The position numbers and the translations under genes were made by a program. Under the pieces are notes generated by a model that worked only from the letters and a program-made list of their open reading frames with translations, searched no databases and was not told the DNA's origin. 64,000 nucleotides of DNA, taken from positions 158,150 to 222,149 of the forward strand of contig CAXHOW010000001.1 in NCBI GenBank assembly GCA_964018205.1, given 5' to 3'. Position 1 is the stretch's first letter; each line of letters opens with the position of its first letter. Origin of the DNA: an uncultured Acetatifactor sp. Lineage in GTDB: Bacteria > Bacillota > Clostridia > Lachnospirales > Lachnospiraceae. Shown piece after piece: positions 7,670 to 16,128 of the stretch.

Positions 7670-9490
7670 TCACCCACGGGCTCCCCCTGCAAGGCTGGCC
7701 GAGGTGTACAGCTGATAGTAGATTCCTTTCTTCTCCATCAGTGCCTCATGGTTTCCCTCCTCCACGATATGGTTTCCGGAAAGCACCAGAATCCGGTCCG
7801 CCCCATGGATCGTGGTGAGCCTATGGGCAATGGTGAGCGTGGTCCTGCCTGCTGCCAGCTTATCCAGAGATTCCGAAACCAGGTGTTCGCTCTCATTGTC
7901 CAGAGCCGCTGTGGCTTCATCCAGCAGCAGTACCTTTGGCGCCTTGAGGAACACTCTTGCGATACTGATTCTCTGCTTCTGTCCCCCAGACAGCTTCACG
8001 CCCCGTTCTCCCACATATGTGTCATAGCCGTCCTTCAGCTCCTGAATAAACTCATGGGCACCGGCCAGCTTCGCCGCCTCTGTCACCTCTTCCCGGCTGG
8101 CCCCCGGCCTTCCGTAGGCAATATTCTCATAGACGCTGCCGGAAAACAGATACACGTCCTGTTGCACTACCCCTACATTTCCCCGGAGGCTTTTGAGGGT
8201 CACGCCCCTGATATTCTGTCCGTCTATGAGGATCTCTCCCTCTGTCGGGTCATAAAAACGGGGGATCAGATTGCAGAGGGTGGTCTTGCCGCCTCCCGAA
8301 GGGCCCACCAATGCCACCTTTTCCCCAGGCCTGATCGTAAGGTCTATCCCTGACAGCACCGGGGTATGGTCATCCGGATATTCAAAAGACACGTTCCTGA
8401 AGGTGATCTCTCCCTCCACATTTCGGAGTGGAACCGCCCCTTCTTCGTCAAAAATCTCCACATCCGCATCCATCAGCTCTGTAAAACGCTCTATGCCTGT
8501 CATGCCCCGCTGGAACTGCTCCGCAAATTCGATGATGCGCCGGATAGTTGCCAGCAGCGTGGTCACGTACATGGTGTAGGCAACCAGATCCGCAGGCGCA
8601 ATCAGCCCTTTTATCATAAAGATGCCCCCTGCCACGATCACCACCACATACATCAGCCCGTCAAATATACGGATCGTATTCTGGAAAGCCGCCATATACT
8701 TGTAGGTCTGGCGCTTGATCTGCAGGAATTCACGGTTGTCCGTATTGAATTTCTCCAGCTCCACTGCCTCGTTGGCAAAAGCCCGCACCACCTTGTTTCC
8801 CAGCAGGCTGTCCTCTATTCTGGCGTTCAGCTCCCCGATATGATTCCTCTGGCGCTTAAAGGCCTCCCTGACCTTCAGATTGAAATAAGTGCAGGAAACT
8901 GCCATCACGGGAATCAGCACAAAGATGATGGCTGTCAGCAGCAGATTCACCCTCCCCAGAATCACGAAAGCCACAATTGCCTTTATAAACGCAATAAAAA
9001 ACTCCTCGGGGCAATGGTGGGCAAACTCTGTAACATCAAACAGGTCACTGGTGATCCGGGACATGATCTGGCCCACTTTTGTGTTGTTGAAATAATTATC
9101 CGAAAGCTTCTGCAGATGGGCAAAGGCATCCTCACGCATATCCGTCTCAATGGCTGCCCCCATCACATGGCCGGTGTACGCCATATAGAAGCTGGCCATC
9201 CCGTCGATGATCCGCAGCGCCAGATACACACCTCCGATAGTCAGGATGGTCTGCAGCGTCAATGCCGACAGATCGTTCATCCCCATATTGGTAATATAGC
9301 GCAGAATCATGGGCAGCACCAGCTCGCACACCGTGGTCAGCGCCGCACAGAACAGATCCATCACCATGACTCCCACATACTTTCTATAGTATGGGACAAA
9401 CCGCCTTAACAATACACTTGTTTTCATCGCCTTTGTATCCGCCGCATCCATAGTCATCGTTTCCGTCCTTTTCTTCATAATAAGAGACAA
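7670..9490 (-). CDS. ABC exporter, fused permease/ATP-binding protein (MsbA-like)
   Basis: 606 aa with a six-helix TMD followed by Walker A GPSGGGKTT, signature LSGGQKQR and Walker B LLLDEATAALD. The track start is TTG; an ATG at 9478 is an alternative. Confidence 0.9.
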   Translation of the reverse strand: MSLIMKKRTETMTMDAADTKAMKTSVLLRRFVPYYRKYVGVMVMDLFCAALTTVCELVLPMILRYITNMGMNDLSALTLQTILTIGGVYLALRIIDGMASFYMAYTGHVMGAAIETDMREDAFAHLQKLSDNYFNNTKVGQIMSRITSDLFDVTEFAHHCPEEFFIAFIKAIVAFVILGRVNLLLTAIIFVLIPVMAVSCTYFNLKVREAFKRQRNHIGELNARIEDSLLGNKVVRAFANEAVELEKFNTDNREFLQIKRQTYKYMAAFQNTIRIFDGLMYVVVIVAGGIFMIKGLIAPADLVAYTMYVTTLLATIRRIIEFAEQFQRGMTGIERFTELMDADVEIFDEEGAVPLRNVEGEITFRNVSFEYPDDHTPVLSGIDLTIRPGEKVALVGPSGGGKTTLCNLIPRFYDPTEGEILIDGQNIRGVTLKSLRGNVGVVQQDVYLFSGSVYENIAYGRPGASREEVTEAAKLAGAHEFIQELKDGYDTYVGERGVKLSGGQKQRISIARVFLKAPKVLLLDEATAALDNESEHLVSESLDKLAAGRTTLTIAHRLTTIHGADRILVLSGNHIVEEGNHEALMEKKGIYYQLYTSASLAGGARG

Positions 9491-9572
9491 TCAGATCTTT
9501 TCCCGACTCTCTAGCTTATCTGTAATTTTGTCCTGCTCTCTTAGTCCTTCCACATTATATCATTTTCCTATC

Positions 9573-9603
9573 ACAAAAGCCACCAGAATATTTACCGGTG
9601 GCT
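9573..9603 (-). terminator. Rho-independent terminator after the DUF1266-like gene
   Basis: Minus strand reads AGCCACC-(loop)-GGTGGCT followed by TTTGTGAT. Confidence 0.6.
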
Positions 9604-9643
9604 ATATCACTACCCTATGTTTTTTATGATCTACCTGCTTTGA

Positions 9644-10417
9644 TTAAAGCTGTGTATTCCAATCCAGATAAAGCGGGCTCTGGGGGTCCATTAGCACTTT
9701 CTGGTAGGCATCTATAAAAGGCTGCACACTATGTATATTGGAGCCTCCTGCTGCACCGATGATATAAGTCTGGAAATACTCAACCCACGAACTGTACAGC
9801 TCCTGAATCTTCTTTGCCGCTTTTGTGGCATAAGCGATGGATTCCTCTCTGGTGAAGTATCCTGCTATGTACATCCTCCCGCACATATTGCATGCACATG
9901 CATAATCAAACGCAGTGGTGTCTACTTCTGAATAATCTATGCCGTCATCGTCGTATTCGTCATCATCTTCATATTCTTCATCGTCTTCGTCATCATCTTC
10001 ATACTCTTCGTCGTCTTCGTCATACTCTTCATCGTCTTCATACTCTTCGTCATCGTCTTCAGAGCCTTCATCGTCATACTCTTCGTCATCATCGTCAGGA
10101 TCTTCGTCATCATCGAAGTCCTCATCTATATCGAATTCCTCATCAATAATGTAGTCATCATCGTCAGGACCCGCATTTTCAAGCAGATACTCCACCATAT
10201 CCACGCCACTGTCATGATCTGTTACCAGCCAGTCTTCCTTTAACACCTTGGCAATCAGTTTTGCGCTGGCTTCGGTCTTTTCATACCCTCCCAGATACTT
10301 GAAGCTGCCACCACAGTACTCCGACCATATGGCATAGGTAGCGGCAATCCACCGCTCCGCGTCATTGCGCGGCAATGTTGCTCCCGGCTCATCCATGATA
10401 CCATTCAACTGACTCAT
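9644..10417 (-). CDS. DUF1266-like protein interrupted by a poly-acidic insert
   Basis: Start placed at ATG 10417 (GGAGG 6 nt upstream). C-terminal AFDYACACNMCGRMYIAGYFTREESIAYATKAAKKIQELYSSWVEYF resembles DUF1266 (recalled). About 75 aa of D/E/Y-only sequence sits in the middle. Confidence 0.6.
   Translation of the reverse strand: MSQLNGIMDEPGATLPRNDAERWIAATYAIWSEYCGGSFKYLGGYEKTEASAKLIAKVLKEDWLVTDHDSGVDMVEYLLENAGPDDDDYIIDEEFDIDEDFDDDEDPDDDDEEYDDEGSEDDDEEYEDDEEYDEDDEEYEDDDEDDEEYEDDDEYDDDGIDYSEVDTTAFDYACACNMCGRMYIAGYFTREESIAYATKAAKKIQELYSSWVEYFQTYIIGAAGGSNIHSVQPFIDAYQKVLMDPQSPLYLDWNTQL
9944..10168. repeat. Low-complexity GAA/GAC/GAT-type repeat DNA encoding the D/E/Y tract
   Basis: The plus strand is a run of TCATC/TCTTC/GTCTTC units. 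It translates on the minus strand to DDDEDPDDDDEEYDDEGSEDDDEEYEDDEEYDEDDEEYEDDDEDDEEYEDDDEYDDD. Confidence 0.85.
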
Positions 10418-10713
10418 TCCATCCTCCGTTCTGCTGTCCTTCAGCTGTCGCATTCTAATACATGGATCACCCTTATGTCCGCTGTCTTTCGGAAAATCCG
10501 GTTCAGATCCATATTCAAAGTATAACATACGAAGGCATATCTGGCAATCTTAATCCTCGGCAAAGGAGAATCGAAAAATGTCACAGATCTGCCATAATGT
10601 CTACGCTGAAATTTTTTTGCCTCCGCCGAGTCTTCGCTCCGGATGTTCTTTCATGAGTCCGTATATTTTTCCGACAAAAGCTTCATCTTCTTCCAGTATG
10701 TCTGCGATCACTT

Positions 10714-11082
10714 CTACAGATATGCCTTTTCTGAATTTACGTCTTTTCTGAATTTACGTCTGGTCAGATCATAGCTCTCACAGATCATCCGCCGGATATC
10801 CGCCTCCGGCATACTTCCGTCCAGTATGACGGAATTCCAATGCTCCTTGTTCAGATGGTAGGCCGGTATCACTGCCTGAAAGGTCTGTCTCCAGAAGTCC
10901 CTCCACTGAGGATCGCATTTCAGATTGATCCAGACATGCCCGTCCTTATCAAAAATCCATGCGAACACCTTTTTGCTGCCCTTATGACGGATCACGCACC
11001 AGTTAGGATCATGAAAGGGATAATCCTCATAGACATCCTGTAATGTCAGACAATATGCAATCGCTTCCTTTCTCTCCGTCAT
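10714..11082 (-). CDS. MmcQ/YjbR-family protein
   Basis: 122 aa. YCLTLQDVYEDYPFHDPNWCVIRHKGSKKVFAWIF is typical of the MmcQ/YjbR family. The C-terminal 15 aa are set by a 17-bp tandem duplication. Confidence 0.8.
   Translation of the reverse strand: MTERKEAIAYCLTLQDVYEDYPFHDPNWCVIRHKGSKKVFAWIFDKDGHVWINLKCDPQWRDFWRQTFQAVIPAYHLNKEHWNSVILDGSMPEADIRRMICESYDLTRRKFRKDVNSEKAYL
10726..10761. repeat. Perfect 17-bp tandem duplication (x2 plus 2 nt)
   Basis: CTTTTCTGAATTTACGT at 10726-10742 and again at 10743-10759, followed by CT. Confidence 0.95.
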
Positions 11083-11190
11083 CTCTTTCCCTCTCCCCTT
11101 TAAGTTCCTATCTCATATTCAAACCGCTGAAACATCTGAATCTCTGAACCGCCTTTCATGAGATTGATTCCCAGAGTCTATAGCTCTGCT

Positions 11191-11235
11191 CTTCAGAACC
11201 GTCCTTCAGAACCGTCCTTCAGAACCGTCCTTCAG
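11191..11235. repeat. Perfect 13-bp tandem repeat, 3.5 copies
   Basis: CTTCAGAACCGTC at 11191, 11204 and 11217, plus the partial CTTCAG at 11230-11235. The stop codon of the methyltransferase gene (11232-11234) lies inside the last unit. Degenerate copies extend back to about 11120. Confidence 0.95.
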
Positions 11236-12278
11236 CGCCTGCCCTTCATATAAACTGTAACCTCCGACCGATTATAATACAGCTGCCTTATTCTCACGGT
11301 CTCGAACTTTTCCCCCAGAACCTTTCGGGCCACATTGATCCGTTTCTGGATTCCCTGCTTGGGAAGCTTCAATGTCATCAGGCAGATTCCTCCCTTCTTC
11401 AGCTGGCTGCTCATGGCGCATACTATGTCTATGGACTGGTTTGTATCCATCTTCATGTCATTGACAATTATGTCGTATTCTTCCTCTCCGTGTTCTCTTG
11501 CGAACTCTTGTGCAGTCATCCTGAAATGCCTTACATTGCCACGCTCCAGAACCGTCTCCTCCAGTGCCGCAGGATCCACAGCGTCCACAGCGATCCCTTT
11601 CACGCTCAGATAATGCGTCCATCCCCCCGGAGCAGCCCCCAGATCCAGCGCCCTCACGCCGCTTTCAGTCCGGATCCCGAATACCCCGAAGGCCTCCTCG
11701 ATCTTAAACTCCGCCCTGCATATCATATCCTCCGCTTTTGCGTAAAACAGTACTCCTCCCGTCCGTAAGCTAATATTGTCGTCAGGAAGGGAAATCCCCA
11801 TATATGCAAAGCTGTCAAAGACCGTAAGGGATACTACTGCGTCCGCTTCCTGCACAGACATAGGATATCCCTCTCTTGCAAGAAATGATGTCGTCAAGTC
11901 CATCAGTTCTCCATTGGAATAGCCAAGCGTGCGTTCTGCCGCGATCCTGCACTGACAGATCAGCGAATCACCCTCACCTGCATATACAACAGTCTCTCCA
12001 AGCATCCTGATATATTCCTGAAAATCCGATGTATCCCCGCTGATCTCGCTTCTGCACATAAAAGGGTGGATATGCTGCAGGAAGACAAAATCCTCCCGGC
12101 GTGCCTCTTCCACTACCTTTGCATAATCACCTGCAGAGAAAGCCGCCGAATCCTTCCCTCTGTCCAGAAGCCCCAGCCCGCCGCACCGTCCATGCAGCTC
12201 ATTAAATAACAGAGGCTCATTCGGAGCCTTATAATTTACCACAAACCCTTGTGCATTATGATACATTTTCCTATCCAT
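11232..12278 (-). CDS. FtsJ/RlmM-like SAM-dependent ribose 2'-O-methyltransferase with N-terminal THUMP-like region
   Basis: 348 aa. SAM-binding motif ALDLGAAPGGWTHYLSVKGIAVDAVD and DIIVNDMKMD. GGGAGG RBS. Confidence 0.7.
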   Translation of the reverse strand: MDRKMYHNAQGFVVNYKAPNEPLLFNELHGRCGGLGLLDRGKDSAAFSAGDYAKVVEEARREDFVFLQHIHPFMCRSEISGDTSDFQEYIRMLGETVVYAGEGDSLICQCRIAAERTLGYSNGELMDLTTSFLAREGYPMSVQEADAVVSLTVFDSFAYMGISLPDDNISLRTGGVLFYAKAEDMICRAEFKIEEAFGVFGIRTESGVRALDLGAAPGGWTHYLSVKGIAVDAVDPAALEETVLERGNVRHFRMTAQEFAREHGEEEYDIIVNDMKMDTNQSIDIVCAMSSQLKKGGICLMTLKLPKQGIQKRINVARKVLGEKFETVRIRQLYYNRSEVTVYMKGRR

Positions 12279-12369
12279 GCTCTATCCTCCCAGCGCTATG
12301 CCTATAAGCGACCTGCCTCCCGCAATACATTTACTCCCCGGCAGGCATCAGACTATGCCGCAGCAGCCT

Positions 12370-13701
12370 TCAATCTCCGCTGTTTCCATCCTGCCCTCCG
12401 TACACCCTCTCCCATTCCTCCTCTGTCAGACGGGACACATGCCATGTAGGCTTGAAATCACCTTCTGTCGGAAGGATTCGATTTGACACATACTGTACCC
12501 CTCCGTCTTCCAGCTGACGAATCACCACCTCATGGGCATATGCCTTGGAAAGCCTGTGCTTTGGGTATACGGCATTCACGGTAAGCGTAATTGTCCCATC
12601 GTCATTCTCCCTGCAGCCCACCACCTCCGGATAAGGAACCTCGGGATATTCTGCGTCAAAAAAACCTCTCGGCCTATATTCATAGCTTTTCGCTTCCGAA
12701 ATATACTTGGTTTTAGACCGCAGTACCTCCTCGTCGATGTCCAGATATGTCATGATCACTTCTTCAAATTCCTCTTCGGGGATCCTATAAACAGTGCCGG
12801 TTCCGGCATTTTCACCGGCCCTATAGGGCACATAGCGGTTATATTTGAGTCCATAAAAGATGTCATACAGATCATAAAAGTCTGTCTCCCCGAAATCCTC
12901 CTCGCTCCAGTCCGAAAGGAACAGATCGTTCCGCCCGTAGCCTATGGGCGCAATATACCGGCGGTTCAGCTCTCTGCAGCTCTCATCCAGAGGCAGTACC
13001 CTCATGACGGAGTCTATAGGTGCGTCACTCAGATAAAGCGCGTAATAGTCCTCCGTAAAGCAGCTGCCCCCAAAGAACAGATACCCCTCCTGCGTGTATT
13101 CCCACCATTGTGCCGTATAGCGTACTGCACTGCCCTTGGGCTTGCCGTCTGCCATCTGATAACAGCTTTTAATAATGTCAACCTCTCCGTCTCTGGTTCG
13201 CATATCATATTTTGCAAATTCTCCCAGATAAGAGACCTCTATGATCGTCAGAGCCCCCTCTTCTCCGGAATCCACCTGACTGCAGAACCTTTGCACCTGT
13301 TCCGCCTCCGTCATATCGATCTGGTTTTCACTGTCTACCGCCACATATCCGTTTTGTCCAAGCCTGTCCACAAAACGCCGCACCGTCTCCACACTGACCA
13401 GATTATCTTGCGCTGCCGCTTCCTCGTAGAGATCACAGCAGAGCGCCGCAATCTCCGCTGCAGCAGCATCCTGCACTATTCGCTGATCCGTCTCTCCCGA
13501 AACACCATTCCTGCTCTGCTCCGCATCTTCGGGGCTGTCGCCCGAAATCCACCCGCTTACCAAAAGGCAGCATCCGGCAGTCACACACAATGCCGCGGCA
13601 ACAGCTGCCTTCTGGACAATGACATTTTTCCATCCTGCAGGGTTCTTACCTCGGGCGCGGCGCCCGTTCCCCCGGCATCTCCTTGTACTCACTTCACACA
13701 C
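12370..13701 (-). CDS. Hypothetical membrane-anchored protein
   Basis: 443 aa. Basic N-terminus followed by the hydrophobic helix AAVAAALCVTAGCCLLVSGWI. Coding-like composition throughout. No motif I can name with confidence. Confidence 0.55.
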   Translation of the reverse strand: MCEVSTRRCRGNGRRARGKNPAGWKNVIVQKAAVAAALCVTAGCCLLVSGWISGDSPEDAEQSRNGVSGETDQRIVQDAAAAEIAALCCDLYEEAAAQDNLVSVETVRRFVDRLGQNGYVAVDSENQIDMTEAEQVQRFCSQVDSGEEGALTIIEVSYLGEFAKYDMRTRDGEVDIIKSCYQMADGKPKGSAVRYTAQWWEYTQEGYLFFGGSCFTEDYYALYLSDAPIDSVMRVLPLDESCRELNRRYIAPIGYGRNDLFLSDWSEEDFGETDFYDLYDIFYGLKYNRYVPYRAGENAGTGTVYRIPEEEFEEVIMTYLDIDEEVLRSKTKYISEAKSYEYRPRGFFDAEYPEVPYPEVVGCRENDDGTITLTVNAVYPKHRLSKAYAHEVVIRQLEDGGVQYVSNRILPTEGDFKPTWHVSRLTEEEWERVYGGQDGNSGD

Positions 13702-13901
13702 ATCCTCCTGCCCGTTTCTGCACTCATTTTAGTGCATCCTCATTCCGTTGTCAACTTTTACGTCTCGATGCCGGAGCATGCTTCTTTACCGATTCAGCAG
13801 AATGATGCAAAAATGATTGCAGTTTGATGCACCTTATGATGCATTTTCGTTATATCCTAGGAACAAGAAGATTTAAAAACAAATCAGATGAGGTGGATCT
13901 T

Positions 13902-16055
13902 ATGAAAAAAGGGAACAAAAAGACAAAGGAAACGAAACGGAAACTGCTGTGCGCCTTTTTGGCTATGCTGGTCCTGATGACGTATTCGCCTGCGGCTGTC
14001 CATGGGGCCGAGCGCGAAGAAAGCGCCGAAGACTCAGACAGTATGGAAGAGGGTATGCTGGCACCCTATTTCGTGATCCGGAACGAGGATGGGATGCCGG
14101 AATGCTTTCCCCTGAAGGAGACCTATGTGGCGACCACCATCAATGGCATGATCGCAGAGACTTATGTGACCCAGACTTATGTCAATGAAGGGGATGTGGC
14201 CATCAATGCCCGCTATGTATTTCCCACATCCTCCACGGTCACTGTCCACGGAATGAAAATGACCATCGGCAATGAGGTGGTAACGGCTCAGATCAAAGAG
14301 AAGGAAGAGGCAAAGGCGGAGTATGAAACCGCAAAAAGCGAAGGCAAGAGCGCCTCTCTGCTGGAACAGAAAAGGCCCAATGTATTCACTATGGATGTGG
14401 CAAATATCATGCCCGGTGACACTGCCAGCATAGAGCTCCATTATACGGAACTGATCACCCCGGCGGAAGGGGAATATACCTTTGTGTTTCCCACCGTGGT
14501 GGGTCCCCGTTATGTGGGGAACGAGGAAAACGGCACCAGTGCCGGAGCGCAGGAGACAGCCAAGACACCGGAAGAAGGAAGCACAAGAGAAAATCCCGGA
14601 ACGACAGCAGACAGCGGAGAAAGCGGTAATGACGGCTGGACAGCAAGCCCCTATCTGCCCGAAGGTGTATTGCCTCAGGGAGAATATCATATTACGGTCC
14701 GCCTGTTCACAGGCGTGCCTATAGCGGAATTATCCTGCAAGTCCCATGAGATAAAGGTGGAAAAGAAGGGCGAATCGGAAGCGGAAATCACGCTTGCCCA
14801 TCCGGAGGAATATGCGGGGAACCGGGATTTTATCTTAAAGTACAAACTGTCTGGGGAAGAAGTGCAAAGCGGGCTGGTCCTCACCGGAGACGGCGAAGAA
14901 AATTACTTTATGCTGATGGTGCAGCCCCCGGAGCATTATGAACCGGAGGAAATCCCGCCCCGGGAATATATTTTTGTGCTGGATGTGTCAGGATCCATGA
15001 GGGGCTATCCTCTTGACACCTCAAAAAAGCTGATCCGGGATCTGGTGACAGGCCTGCGGGAAACTGACAGATTCAATCTGGTTCTATTTTCAAATTCCGC
15101 CATGGTAATGTCTCCGAAGTCTCTTCCGGCAATGCCGGAGAACATCAAGGCCGCCACGGATCTGATCGACGAGCAGACAGGCGGAGGCGGCACGTCCATG
15201 ATGCCGGCGCTGGAAAAAGCAATCGCCATACCCTCCGACGGAGAAACTGCCCGGAGCATCGTGGTGATCACGGACGGATATGTTTCCAATGACAGCGAGA
15301 TACTGGAGCTGATAGACCAGAACATGGACAGCGCAAGCTTCTTTTCCTTTGGGATCGGAAGCTCGGTGAACGATTAACTGATCAAAGGAATCGCCGGAGC
15401 CGGACTGGGAGAAGCATTTATCGTCACGGATTCTCAGGACGCAGAGGAATCGGCGGATAATTTCCGCACTTATATCGAGGCCCCTCTGATGACAGGGATC
15501 ATCATAGATTACGGCGGATTTCAGGTTTATGATGTGGAGCCCTCCGTTCCCTCCATACTTTTTGCAAAGCGGCCTATCGTGCTGTTCGGCAAGTGGAAAG
15601 GAGAACCGTCCGGCACCATCAGGGTATCAGGGAAAACAGGAAACGAGGATTATGTACAAGAAATCCCCGTGGAAAACACTTGCATCGATACGGAAGGGGA
15701 AGCCGTCCGCTACCTCTGGGCCCGCACCAGACTGGATAGGCTCGCGGGATACGGCAGCGTCAGAAACGATGCTTCCGTGAAGGAAGAAATCACCCGCATC
15801 GGACTGGATTACAATATGACCACCCCATATACCTCTTTTGTTGCCGTGGTGGATGTGGTCAGAAATCCGGATGGGGAAAGCAAGGATGTGGATCAGGCGC
15901 TGCCGCTGCCTCTCCATGTGACCGGTCTGGCAGTAGGCGGGGGATACACTGCTTACTCGGAACCGGAGGAAGTGCTGCTGGCGATGGTTCTGGCAGGAGC
16001 AGCAGGACTTGGTGTATTGCGGAGCAGGAAGAGAAAGAGGCATATCTTGGGATGA
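13902..16055 (+). pseudogene. VIT + vWA domain secreted protein with PEP-CTERM-like sorting tail, split by an in-frame TAA at 15375-15377
   Basis: ATG 13902 (GAGGTGG RBS) and signal peptide KLLCAFLAMLVLMTYSPAAVHG. MIDAS motif FVLDVSGSM. The track ORFs ending at 15377 and starting at 15489 share one frame, and 15378-15488 is open. The tail is SEPEE + VLLAMVLAGAAGLGVL + RSRKRKR. Confidence 0.75.
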
Positions 16056-16128
16056 AGGCTGTTTCCCCAAGGGCTTTCAAAAAAATAAGCCAGTAACAGT
16101 ACTTCAGAAAGGTGGCAGCAGGACAGCT

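Noticed and set aside
9892-10154. Track ORFs in alternative frames of the acidic repeat (85 aa H/R/L-rich; 71 aa poly-Ser; 62 aa M/K/T-rich)
   Set aside because: These are artefacts of trinucleotide-like repeat DNA being open in all frames. Only the D/E/Y frame is continuous with flanking protein-like sequence.
12532-13827. 431-aa plus-strand ORF
   Set aside because: It is antisense to the 443-aa minus-strand gene, which has the more protein-like composition (balanced D/E/K/Y, a TM anchor). The plus-strand translation is R/H/I/L/P-rich.
16009-16128. N-terminal 40 codons of the 324-aa track ORF for the exosortase gene
   Set aside because: This extension overlaps the 3' end of the VIT-vWA gene and has no RBS. 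ATG 16129, preceded by AAAGGTGG, immediately precedes the first TM segment.
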